Source of the DNA: an uncultured Methanosarcinales archaeon
GTDB lineage: Archaea; Nanobdellota; Nanobdellia; Woesearchaeales; UBA11576
Assembly (NCBI GenBank): GCA_964406185.1
Contig: CAYOQS010000003.1
Span: 114,459-178,458, forward strand
Reading direction: 5' to 3'
Length of the DNA stretch: 64,000 bases
Shown one piece after another: positions 18,381-27,269 of this stretch. A model generated the notes under the pieces. The model was given only the letters and a program-made list of their open reading frames with translations. It was not told the DNA's origin and searched no databases. The position numbers were made by a program, and so were the translations under genes. Positions within the stretch are counted from its first letter, which is position 1. Every line of letters begins with the position of its first letter.

Positions 18381-19210
18381 CAGAAGCAGAGCAGCTCTAC
18401 CCACAAACGGTGGAGAGAACAAGACCCAGACTGGTTCCAGTCCCTGACACAGACCGAGCGCCCACAATAGATGCAATCCTCGGCTACGAGGTCAAGGTCG
18501 ACTTCAGCGACGCATCCAGACGACATGACCAGCTAAGCGAGCTTGTAGAAGAAGCAAGACAGGCACTGTCCGCAGACCCTAACACAGACACTACAAGGAT
18601 AGAGCAGGACATAGAAGCAATACTTCTCGACGATGCAAAAGGACTGGACGACTTCGCAAAAGTGTTCGTCAACTCCCTGATGCCCGAATACGAGGACAAA
18701 GCAGGCACCTGCGGACTGGCAGGTATGAGATATCACAACACATACTCAGGAGATATGGGCCTTATGCTCTTCAAGACAAGGATAAAACGAGGGAGAAACA
18801 CGCTGGCAAAAGCTTTCAGGAAATCTTGTTTCGCTCAGGAAGATGCAAGAGAAATGCTCGCCAAGTACGAACAGGATCCTGACAACAAAGACCAGCACCC
18901 ATACCAGCTCGAACCGGAAACCCAGACCGTGAGATATAAGATAGGCGACACCTCGGCAGCAAGAGCCCTTTTCGAGACAGAAGACGGAATAGAGAGGATG
19001 AGGGCATGGATATACCTGCACCCAGAGATGGAAGTGCTTTCAGAAGAGGACAAGGACAAGCCCACCTACAAGGCAAGACACCTGCAGATCAGATACCAAG
19101 GAGTCGTCAGAGAAGTCCAGCTCATGACAGCAGAAGCGGAAAGGATATCCATAGACGACGGATACCACGGACCCCAGAAGAACGACGTTGCATGCCATGC
19201 CCGACGCTGA
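18368..19210 (+). CDS. RelA/SpoT (RSH) synthetase-fold nucleotidyltransferase, small-alarmone-synthetase/toxSAS-like
   Basis: Four ordered blocks match RelQ-type SAS by eye: TRIKRGRNTLAKAFRKS, IGDTSAARAL, TYKARHLQIRY, REVQLMT..GYHGPQK. There is also an acidic ~110-aa N-terminal extension. Confidence 0.6.
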   Translation: MEAIAEAEQLYPQTVERTRPRLVPVPDTDRAPTIDAILGYEVKVDFSDASRRHDQLSELVEEARQALSADPNTDTTRIEQDIEAILLDDAKGLDDFAKVFVNSLMPEYEDKAGTCGLAGMRYHNTYSGDMGLMLFKTRIKRGRNTLAKAFRKSCFAQEDAREMLAKYEQDPDNKDQHPYQLEPETQTVRYKIGDTSAARALFETEDGIERMRAWIYLHPEMEVLSEEDKDKPTYKARHLQIRYQGVVREVQLMTAEAERISIDDGYHGPQKNDVACHARR

Positions 19211-19281
19211 GGCAACCCACAAAATTTTTTCTTAACGTATCCCATCAACATTTATAAAGAACCGGCTTTCTTAATACAGGC

Positions 19282-20088
19282 ATGGAACTCACACCAGAAC
19301 AGCAGAAAGCCATAGAACAACAGAAAGCGCAATGCATATTCTGCCAGATAATAGAAGGAAAAGTTCCCAGCAAGAAAGTCTATGAAGACGCTCGGCTTCT
19401 GGGGATCCTCGACATAAACCCTGCTTCCGGAGGGCACGTGCTGCTCATGCCTAAAGAGCACTACCCAATCATGCCACTCATACCCCCCGACACATTCAAA
19501 CACATGTTCTCAAAACTCAAAGATATAGACCAGTGCGTGAAGCAAGCCCTGCTCTGCAAGGAGACAACAGTCCTGATAGCCAACGGAGCGGCAGCAGGGC
19601 AGCAAAGCACACACTTCATGCTCCACATAATACCACGCGAAGGAGGGGACGGACTGGACATGCTCGACCTCAAAGGGAAAGAAGCACCAGAAGAAGAGAC
19701 AAAAGAAGTTATGGAAAAGACCGCGCCAGCGCTGAAAGCCATACTAGGCAGAAACCTCCCGGCTCTGGGTTATACAGAAGCCACGGGCGATGCGGGGGGT
19801 GAACCAGAAGTGCCGCAGGACCTAACAAAAGAACAACTCCTCCAGATAATCGACAGCAACCCCCAGCTGAAAGACATAATAACGCAAAAGCCGGACCAGT
19901 TCAAGCAGCTGGTGCCCAGGCACCCACAGCTGAGCCAGATATTCAAGAAATTTGACCTCGACGATATAATCAAGGAAGTCACAGGAAAAGAGCCTGACAT
20001 GCCCGACAGCAAAGTTCAGGACCCGGAAAAAAAGGAGAAAGAAGGGAAGAAGCCAGGCAAGCTGAGCCTGGACGGAGCGCTGAAATGA
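19282..20088 (+). CDS. HIT-fold protein with degenerate histidine triad and NPQL-repeat (STI1-like) C-terminal extension
   Basis: CIFCQIIEGKVPSKKVYED..GHVLLMPKEH. The triad region reads GQQSTHFMLHIIPR, with the middle His replaced by Met. TATA 19251-19258 lies 27 nt before the ATG. Confidence 0.75.
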   Translation: MELTPEQQKAIEQQKAQCIFCQIIEGKVPSKKVYEDARLLGILDINPASGGHVLLMPKEHYPIMPLIPPDTFKHMFSKLKDIDQCVKQALLCKETTVLIANGAAAGQQSTHFMLHIIPREGGDGLDMLDLKGKEAPEEETKEVMEKTAPALKAILGRNLPALGYTEATGDAGGEPEVPQDLTKEQLLQIIDSNPQLKDIITQKPDQFKQLVPRHPQLSQIFKKFDLDDIIKEVTGKEPDMPDSKVQDPEKKEKEGKKPGKLSLDGALK

Positions 20089-20762
20089 AAGAAGGATGCA
20101 AGCACTGCGAAACCCTGGAAAAAAAGGAGAACATCCTATATGAGGATGATAAGTTCGCAGCACTGATACCAGCGAAACCCGCTACAAAAGGCCACATCCA
20201 GCTAATATCCAAAGAGCACGCAGAGACCATGCAGGATCTGGACGGCAAAGATGTCGAGCACGCATGGTACGCGGCCAGCTTCACAGCAACAGCGCTGTTC
20301 GAGAACCTCCAGGCGCAAGGCACCAATCTCATCGTCAACACAGGCAGTGAGATGAAGAAAGGAGGGCACTTCCACATAGACGTGCTGGCAAGGTACAACG
20401 AGGACGGGCTAAACCTCCTCTGGCAGCCCAAAAAGCTGGGAGAGGACGAGATGAAGAAGTTACAGGCAAAGATCAAGGACAAGTGCGACATGATAGGCGT
20501 CGAGAGGAAAGAGAAAGAGGTCCTCGACCTTGACAGAAAGCCTGAAAAGATAGAATCCGGTGAAGAGAAGGCTCCTGAAGACTGGAAGAAGGAAACTGGC
20601 GAGGAAAGCCCGAAGGAAAAGAATAGCAGGAAGACAGAAGAAGGAGCAGATGAAAAAAAGCCGAAAAAGCAAGAAAAAGAGACCGGAAAAACAGGCAAGA
20701 AGAAAAAGAAGAAAGAACCAGAGGAAAGCTACCTCATCAGGCAGCTAAGGAGGATACCTTAG
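20085..20762 (+). CDS. HIT-fold protein (HxHxD variant) with long Lys/Glu-rich tail
   Basis: KGHIQLISKEH..GGHFHIDVLAR. ATGA overlap with the upstream HIT gene. Tail of about 90 aa is K/E-rich. Confidence 0.7.
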   Translation: MKEGCKHCETLEKKENILYEDDKFAALIPAKPATKGHIQLISKEHAETMQDLDGKDVEHAWYAASFTATALFENLQAQGTNLIVNTGSEMKKGGHFHIDVLARYNEDGLNLLWQPKKLGEDEMKKLQAKIKDKCDMIGVERKEKEVLDLDRKPEKIESGEEKAPEDWKKETGEESPKEKNSRKTEEGADEKKPKKQEKETGKTGKKKKKKEPEESYLIRQLRRIP

Positions 20763-20789
20763 TGCTAAAACCGACATCGCAGAACCATC

Positions 20790-23453
20790 TTATTCTACAA
20801 GGATCGCAGGCTTGCCAGGCAGGGCATTTCCGGCCTTAGAGCTGTCGCTGTCCTCAGCCTTCACGACGACAACCTCTGCACCAAACTCATCTGAGAACAT
20901 ATTCTTATTCTTATCAAGGGCGTCAAATTCCTCATCCTGGGAAGTGACAGTATCAGGTATCTTAGAGCGGTCCTTGACAAGCCTCGGCACCAGTTTTGAT
21001 ATCTCCTTGCCATGCTCCCCATCCATACAGGACTTGATCAGAGCACCCACATCATGGGTCTCCTCAAGACCCTTCTTCAGCTTACATACAACATCATACT
21101 TCCAGGCATCAGCCACCAGAAAGGTTATACGCTTAGGATCCTCTATCGAGGCCAGTTTCAGTATGTCACGCACATCACCTATAGAAGCGCGCGCGGCGCC
21201 CTCAGAAGCCTCAGCAGCAAGATCTATCCTGCTCTCATCAGGCTCTGGCCAGGACTCAAGAGAGACAAACGGCTTGTTGCCGATCATCTCCCAGAACTCC
21301 TCAGCAAGATGAGGGCATACAGGAGAGAGCAATCTTATGAAAGACTCCATGTCCTCTTTTGAGCAACCCTCCTCGACGCAATAGAACATCTCCTTGAGCT
21401 TGATCACCGCAAGATTATACCTGAGATCAAGGATGTCGTCGGTATACTCCTTTATCAGACGGTTGAACCTGCTCTGGCCCAGAGCGCTCATCCTACCCGG
21501 CTTGAAGTCCTGGACACAAGAGATTATACGGTTCACGAAACGCAGGCTGCCATTGATGCCTGCTTCACTCCACTCCAGGTCCTTGTCAGGAGATGCTATC
21601 GATACCAGGAAAAGCCTGGCTGTATCGATGCCATGAGTCCTGCTGATCTCCTCAGGCAACACCACGTTCCCTCTGGATTTTGACATAACAACGCCTTCCT
21701 TGTGCAACATGCCCTGATGAAATACCTTTGAAAACGGCTCGTCAAACTCTATCATACCCATATCCTTAAGGGCCTTGGTAAAGAAACGAGCGTAGATAAG
21801 ATGCATGCAGGCATGCTCAGCCCCACCGATGTAAAGGTCCACAGGCATCCAGTAATCGGCCTTGGCAGGTTCAAATGGTTCATCACTGTTAAGGTTATCA
21901 GTATATCTCAGGAAGTACCAGCTTGAATCAAAGAAAGTGTCCATGGTGTCAGTCTCACGACGGGCAGGCTTGTTACACTTAGGGCATTTACACTTCACGA
22001 AAGACTCGCTGGTCTCAAGAGGATTACCCTCACCGAACTTGATATCATCAGGCAACAGGACAGGAAGCTGGTCGTAAGGAACAGGCACAGCACCGCAATC
22101 ATCACAGTAGATTATCGGAATCGGAGTGCCCCAGTAACGCTGCCTGGAGACAAGCCAGTCACGCAGCTTGAAATTAGTTGTAGCCTTGCCCCAGCCCTTC
22201 TCCTCTGCAAATTCAGTTATGTCAGCCATCGCGTCATGGTTGTCCATGCCATCGAAATCACCGCTGTTCACAAGCACCCCGCGGTCCACATAAGCCCTGG
22301 CCATCCTGGCAGGGTCAAGCTCGTAATCCGGTGGAGATATCACCACCCTGACAGGCAGGCCATACTTCCTGGCAAACTCAAAATCGCGCTGGTCATGAGC
22401 AGGAACAGCCATCACAGCCCCTGTACCATACTCGTAAAGCGCGTAATCCGCAACCCACAACGGGCACTTTTCGCCAGTAAAACGATTCATGAAATACTTG
22501 CCCAGAAACATGCCTGTCTTAGGCTTACCCTCTGCAGTACGCTCGATACTGGACATCGATTTTACCTGCTTTACGAAGTCCTTGGCATCCTTCTCCAAAG
22601 GGGTATCCTTAGTTAATTCAGTTACGAGAGGGTGTTCTGCAGCAAGGACAAGGTATGTTATGCCATACACAGTATCAGGCCTTGTGGTGAACGTGCTTAT
22701 CGTCTGGCCTGTCTCAGAACCATCCTCATTGACGATCTTAAAGTCTAGCAGAGTGCCTGTACTCTTGCCAATCCAGTTCTCCTGCATGATCTTAGTTCTT
22801 TTAGGCCAATCAATTCTACTATGCCCTTCCAGAAGTTCATCAGCATATTTTGTCTGTTTTATGAACCACTGTTCTATGTCTCTAGCCTCGACTTCAGTAT
22901 CCTCGTGCCTCCAACACTTACCGTCATGAACCTGCTCGTTAGCAAGTACTGTATTACACTTAGGACACCAGTTTACGGATGATGATTTACGGTATACAAG
23001 CCCTTTCTCCATGAATTTCAGGAAGAAGAACTGGTTCCACCGGTAATAATCAGGATCAGATGTCCTGAGCATCCTGTCCCAGTCATAGCTCAGGCCGAGC
23101 TCCTTCTGCTGCCTGATGAAATTCGCTATCGAGCTATCGGTATACTCCTTTGGCTGCGTCCCTGCCTTTATCGCGGCGTTCTCAGCAGGCAGGCCAAAAG
23201 AATCATAACCCATAGGGTATATAACATCAGAACCGGTCATACGCTTGAATCTGGCATAGATATCACCTATAGTGTAGTTGAAAGCATGGCCCATATGCAG
23301 ACCTGATCCTGACGGATAAGGAAACATCTCAAGCACATAGAACTTATCCTTGCCTGACTTAGTAGCCTGGAATGCCTTGGCATCCTCCCATCTCTTCTGC
23401 CACTTCTTCTGGACCGAATCGAAATCAATCTTAATGTCTGCCATGAAAACCAC
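20790..23453 (-). CDS. leuS: leucyl-tRNA synthetase
   Basis: HIGH-type SGSGLHMGHAFNY, KMSKS-type VMSKSRGN, Zn Cys clusters, editing domain. Start may be ATG 23444 (MADIKIDF). Confidence 0.9.
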   Translation of the reverse strand: MVFMADIKIDFDSVQKKWQKRWEDAKAFQATKSGKDKFYVLEMFPYPSGSGLHMGHAFNYTIGDIYARFKRMTGSDVIYPMGYDSFGLPAENAAIKAGTQPKEYTDSSIANFIRQQKELGLSYDWDRMLRTSDPDYYRWNQFFFLKFMEKGLVYRKSSSVNWCPKCNTVLANEQVHDGKCWRHEDTEVEARDIEQWFIKQTKYADELLEGHSRIDWPKRTKIMQENWIGKSTGTLLDFKIVNEDGSETGQTISTFTTRPDTVYGITYLVLAAEHPLVTELTKDTPLEKDAKDFVKQVKSMSSIERTAEGKPKTGMFLGKYFMNRFTGEKCPLWVADYALYEYGTGAVMAVPAHDQRDFEFARKYGLPVRVVISPPDYELDPARMARAYVDRGVLVNSGDFDGMDNHDAMADITEFAEEKGWGKATTNFKLRDWLVSRQRYWGTPIPIIYCDDCGAVPVPYDQLPVLLPDDIKFGEGNPLETSESFVKCKCPKCNKPARRETDTMDTFFDSSWYFLRYTDNLNSDEPFEPAKADYWMPVDLYIGGAEHACMHLIYARFFTKALKDMGMIEFDEPFSKVFHQGMLHKEGVVMSKSRGNVVLPEEISRTHGIDTARLFLVSIASPDKDLEWSEAGINGSLRFVNRIISCVQDFKPGRMSALGQSRFNRLIKEYTDDILDLRYNLAVIKLKEMFYCVEEGCSKEDMESFIRLLSPVCPHLAEEFWEMIGNKPFVSLESWPEPDESRIDLAAEASEGAARASIGDVRDILKLASIEDPKRITFLVADAWKYDVVCKLKKGLEETHDVGALIKSCMDGEHGKEISKLVPRLVKDRSKIPDTVTSQDEEFDALDKNKNMFSDEFGAEVVVVKAEDSDSSKAGNALPGKPAILVE

Positions 23454-23552
23454 GAACCTACCGATGTAATATATAATTTTTCGCCATGGATTACGGAACT
23501 ATAACAAAATAGGACACAAAAAAAAAGACAAAAAGACACATCAACCCCTGGC

Positions 23553-24722
23553 TCAAGATCTTTCAAGCCTTTCAGAAAGGCCGTCTGTGAGCTTCTGCTG
23601 GGTGTCTGTGCTGACCAGTATCGTCCTCTCGTCGATCTCAGCATATGCAAGCCTGCCCTTCAGCTTAAGCTCTTTCAGGTATGCGTAGAAGGAAGTCCTG
23701 CCGCAGAGCTGCTTCTCATTCACGACAATCTCCTCCACCTCTTTTGTCGAATACTTACTCTCACCTACGAGATCAAGTATGAACTTGAGCACATAACCCT
23801 TCCTGTTGGGCATCACCCGGGACATGATATGGCGCTGGAAAGGCGTGCTGGGACTAACCTGCTGGACAACCGGCTGCTGGAACACCTGTGATTGCTGAGC
23901 AGGTTGCGGCCGCGACTGAAGAGGGGTCATTTCAGGCTCTTGTGATGCGTGTCTCGGCCTTTCAGCTATAGCTCTCAGCTCCTTTATCTGCTCTGAAAGC
24001 TCACTTTTTGCCTGTAAAATGCGAGATTCTGCAAAATCGTGTGATTTTTCAAGCTCTTCCTTTGCTGAGACAAGCTCCTGCTGTACTGATGAGAGGCTTG
24101 ACTTAAGCTCGCCATTCTCATGCTGAAGACCATTTACGAGCTCTCTCAGCTTAGAATATGCTTCAAGCCAGTTCTTCTGTATCCTTGTGATATCCTGCTT
24201 CAGATCCTCTTCTTTAGCTTTCTGGCGTTCCAGATGGGTCGAGAGGTAATCTATCCAGGTCTTCAGGCGTCTGATATCTTCTTCTGAGGCTTCCTGGTGT
24301 TCCTTAAGCCTGCTGTGGAACTCACTTTTCAACCCCTCCCTGTGCTCAGAAATCGCTTCAGAGAGCTCCTGGTGCTTGTTTTTTACCTCCTCAGCCGTCC
24401 TGGCAGCTATTTCTGACACCTGGGAGTGTCCTGACCTGAGCTCGTGGTGGGAAGTGTGTAATTTCTGGTGGTTTTCTGTGATTTTTTCGTATTTTTCAGA
24501 TAATCTTGAACTGTGCTCTGAAAGCCGCTGGTTAGACCTATTTAAATAGTCGATCCATTGGCCTATCCTCTCAACCTCCTGCTGGTTGGAGTCTATCTTC
24601 CTGTTGACCTCACCCATATCAGTCTTGATCTGAGCGAAAGCCTGTGCTAGTTGTTCCGAGAAAGTGATGAACCTTCTTTCAAGATCCTTCCTCCTGTTCC
24701 CCTTCAAAATATCAAAAGCCAT
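23553..24722 (-). CDS. long coiled-coil protein with C-terminal winged-helix DNA-binding-like domain
   Basis: About 290 aa of heptad-rich helix, a Gln/Pro linker, then KGYVLKFILDLVGESKYSTKEVEEIV..FYAYLKELKLKGRLAY. GAGG sits 8-10 nt before the ATG. Confidence 0.55.
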   Translation of the reverse strand: MAFDILKGNRRKDLERRFITFSEQLAQAFAQIKTDMGEVNRKIDSNQQEVERIGQWIDYLNRSNQRLSEHSSRLSEKYEKITENHQKLHTSHHELRSGHSQVSEIAARTAEEVKNKHQELSEAISEHREGLKSEFHSRLKEHQEASEEDIRRLKTWIDYLSTHLERQKAKEEDLKQDITRIQKNWLEAYSKLRELVNGLQHENGELKSSLSSVQQELVSAKEELEKSHDFAESRILQAKSELSEQIKELRAIAERPRHASQEPEMTPLQSRPQPAQQSQVFQQPVVQQVSPSTPFQRHIMSRVMPNRKGYVLKFILDLVGESKYSTKEVEEIVVNEKQLCGRTSFYAYLKELKLKGRLAYAEIDERTILVSTDTQQKLTDGLSERLERS

Positions 24723-24774
24723 CAGATCACCCTCATTTTTGAGATGGAAACCATTGAAATATTTAAATCTTGCT

Positions 24775-25078
24775 GTTCAGTTCGTGTTCAGTACGTACCG
24801 GATTCGGACTTTTTAGGGTGGCTTTTTTTCGTATTAAAAGAGCTATGAAACGCTTTTTCGGGTTCAGTACGAACCTGAACCTGAACTGAATTCACGACGG
24901 ATACGTACCTGGAAAGAGACTGGAAAATTAGTTTCTCGACGAGAAAACATATCAGGTAAATATCAGGCAGGTACGGTACGGAGCAGGTCCGAACCTGCCC
25001 GAACCAGGTCAGAAGGCCTGAAACAACTGAATTCGGGCTTCTGAGGCGAGTGCGAACCGGGGACGAACCAGGTACGGG
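24775..25078. repeat. cluster of short repeats (GTTCAG/CTGAAC, CGAACCNG x5, GGTACG)
   Basis: GTTCAG at 24775, 24786 and 24862. CGAACC at 24870, 24990, 25000, 25053 and 25064. CAGGTACGG occurs twice. Confidence 0.7.
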
Positions 25079-25172
25079 TCCGAGAAAAAAAGATGATGCG
25101 GTGGATCACGGGCGGATCATCGGAAAGGATAACAGGATATCGAGAGGAAAGAAAGAGCAGATTGATCAGAGA

Positions 25173-25247
25173 GATAATATATATTTCAACAAAGTTATTT
25201 TATCATAGTTTTTTTCTAATGATTCTTTCTGAACATATATTTTTGAG
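25173..25247. other. AT-rich core between two repeat clusters (possible unwinding element)
   Basis: GATAATATATATTTCAACAAAGTTATTTTATCATAGTTTTTTTCTAATGATTCTTTCTGAACATATATTTTT. Confidence 0.4.
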
Positions 25248-25283
25248 TTGAAGTAATGGTCGGAACATCATGATGATCTGATC

Positions 25284-25606
25284 GAAGTGAGACGAGTGGG
25301 AGGGGGTCGAGAAAGGCTACAAAAAACAAAGCAAAAATACGGAAGTGAGACACAGGAATAACGGGCCCGAATCTCTGATATCGGAAAATTGCCTAAAAAT
25401 CACTAAAAAACAGCTGAAAGTGAGCGGTTTTGCCCAGTAAAAATCTTTCAGGAAGCATGAAAAGCCACCAAAAATGTCCCTAACTGCCTGAAAGTGAGGG
25501 TCAAAACAGAGAAGAATAATAAAAATACACGATAGTGAGGCAAAAACAGCAGAAATAGGCTATAAATAGCTCGAAACAGGGAAATAAGTGCCTGAAAGAC
25601 TGAGAC
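25284..25606 (+). repeat. six same-strand copies of GA(A)AGTGAG(R) with 42-84 bp spacing
   Basis: Copies at 25284, 25342, 25414, 25487, 25531 and 25591. Two are preceded by AAAAATAC and three by CTG. Confidence 0.7.
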
Positions 25607-25662
25607 AGTAGAAAAAAAGACTAAAGTATTTTAGCAAAAAATATTAGCAATAGCCTACTGGA

Positions 25663-25860
25663 TCAGAACTTCTTGAACTGAGAGGCCGTGTCTATCAGCT
25701 CCACATGACCCATAAGCTGCTGCCTACAGCAGTATCTCTCAATGCCCAGGTTGTCAAGAACCTTCTTCACAGACTCCCCTTTGGCCACCCTCTCCTGGAA
25801 ATCCTCCCAGAGGTGCGCTATGGGCTTGCCACAGCTCCAGCATCTTATCGGAATAATCAT
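25663..25860 (-). CDS. rpoN: DNA-directed RNA polymerase subunit N (Rpo10)
   Basis: MIIPIRCWSCGKPI zinc motif, 65 aa, last gene of the r-protein/RNAP cluster. Confidence 0.9.
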   Translation of the reverse strand: MIIPIRCWSCGKPIAHLWEDFQERVAKGESVKKVLDNLGIERYCCRQQLMGHVELIDTASQFKKF

Positions 25861-25936
25861 ATTTTTTCACCTGTATCGATGGATAAGCGCAAAAAAAGTG
25901 AGCAGAAGCGTGATATTCCCTGCTCAGTTTATCTGC

Positions 25937-26350
25937 TCACCTATATGATTTCTGCCTCTTGGCACGGGCCTTGGAATCGTTAGGCTTGCGCGTCTCCTTA
26001 TACCTTGTATCAGCGACAAGCAACGCCCTGTCGTAATCCAGCAGCTTCCTACGGACCTTCTCACCGCCGAACTCAGAAAGCGCCTTGCCCATCGCCTGCC
26101 TCACAGCATCGACCTGCGACATCACACCACCACCATGGACGTTGATATCCATACTGACCTTGGACGCCACATCCCCAACCAGGAGCAAAGGCTCCATTAT
26201 CCTTATCCTGGCAAGCTTAGGCTCCCATGCGTCAAGCATCCGGCCATTCACCCTGACAAGACCATTGCCTGGATGAAGTGTGAGCCTAGCAACGCTCTTC
26301 TTCCTGGTCCCTGATGTATTGATAACCTTTGATTTAGTCAACATTACCAC
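25937..26350 (-). CDS. rps9: 30S ribosomal protein S9 (uS9)
   Basis: GGGVMSQVDAVRQAMGKAL and C-terminal KARAKRQKSYR. Confidence 0.9.
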   Translation of the reverse strand: MVMLTKSKVINTSGTRKKSVARLTLHPGNGLVRVNGRMLDAWEPKLARIRIMEPLLLVGDVASKVSMDINVHGGGVMSQVDAVRQAMGKALSEFGGEKVRRKLLDYDRALLVADTRYKETRKPNDSKARAKRQKSYR

Positions 26351-26750
26351 CTAAAAGCCTTGAGATCTCCTTGACAGAGACACTATTAATCATAAGCTTG
26401 GAAGCATCGGCCTCCTTGAAATCCTCTGCCTTCTGGTCCTTGAACTGCTCAGGAACACCAATCCAGCACTTTATGCCCTTCAAAGCATCCCTACCCCGAG
26501 GCTTCTTGTAAGGAAGCATATCCCTGATCATCCTCTTAAGTAGTCTGTCAGGATTCCTGATGTAATGTGGGCCCTTGGACCAGGTCCTTCTCGCAAGGTT
26601 CTGCCTGTACCTGGCAAGCACCTTCTGCCTGCTGCCGGATATCACTGCCTGCTCTGCATTGACTATATCAATCCGTTCACCGAGCAGGGCCTTCTTCGCG
26701 ACAATGGCCCCAAGCCTTCCTACAATCTTATTCTTGGCATCTACCAGCAT
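26334..26750 (-). CDS. rpl13: 50S ribosomal protein L13 (uL13)
   Basis: DAKNKIVGRLGAIVAKK..; synteny between L18e and S9. Confidence 0.9.
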   Translation of the reverse strand: MLVDAKNKIVGRLGAIVAKKALLGERIDIVNAEQAVISGSRQKVLARYRQNLARRTWSKGPHYIRNPDRLLKRMIRDMLPYKKPRGRDALKGIKCWIGVPEQFKDQKAEDFKEADASKLMINSVSVKEISRLLGGNVD

Positions 26751-26811
26751 TTTGAATATCCCTTGATCATTTAATCCTTAAATCCCTTGATAAACCTATA
26801 AACCTATTCTT

Positions 26812-27177
26812 TCAGCCTAATATCCGTATATCTGACGGCTTAAGGTCCTTCTTCATCAGCTCGCTTATGCTCAGCACATCACAGTCCTGCTTCTTCAGCT
26901 TCTCCAACGCACCGTCAGAGAACGCAAACGCGGCGATAGTGACCTTATGCTTGAGAAGACCGGAACCAAGCACCTTGCCAGGAACAACAACAGTTTCGCT
27001 ATCCTTGGTGAAATGGTCTATCCTTGACAGGTTAACAGCACGCCTATTCCTCGCAGGTCTCTCTAGATCAACCGCAAGCCTCTTCCAAAACTGGGAAGAG
27101 TCCTGTATTGCCTTTCTCTTCAGCTCCGCCACCAGGTTCTTCAGGTGCGGATTTGTCGGACCTGTTCTCTTTGACAT
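26812..27177 (-). CDS. rpl18e: 50S ribosomal protein L18e
   Basis: MSKRTGPTNPHLKNLVAELKRKA..VVVPGKVLGSG; synteny. Confidence 0.85.
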   Translation of the reverse strand: MSKRTGPTNPHLKNLVAELKRKAIQDSSQFWKRLAVDLERPARNRRAVNLSRIDHFTKDSETVVVPGKVLGSGLLKHKVTIAAFAFSDGALEKLKKQDCDVLSISELMKKDLKPSDIRILG

Positions 27178-27269
27178 CTTGGTTTACATCCAGTACGGTA
27201 TGTAAAAGTTCGGAAGGTTAATAACAGTCCGAACCCGGTTTTCCCGTCTTGAAAACATTTAAACATGAA

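Noticed and set aside
25092-25250. 52-aa ORF (MMRWITGGSSERITGY...) inside the ORF-free region
   Set aside because: It runs through the AT-rich core, has no TATA at -27 and no SD, and its composition is implausible.
25284-25606. Possible degenerate CRISPR array (six repeated GAAAGTGAG units)
   Set aside because: The conserved core is only about 10 nt, spacing is irregular (42-84 bp), flanks are not repeat-like, and no cas genes or leader are present.
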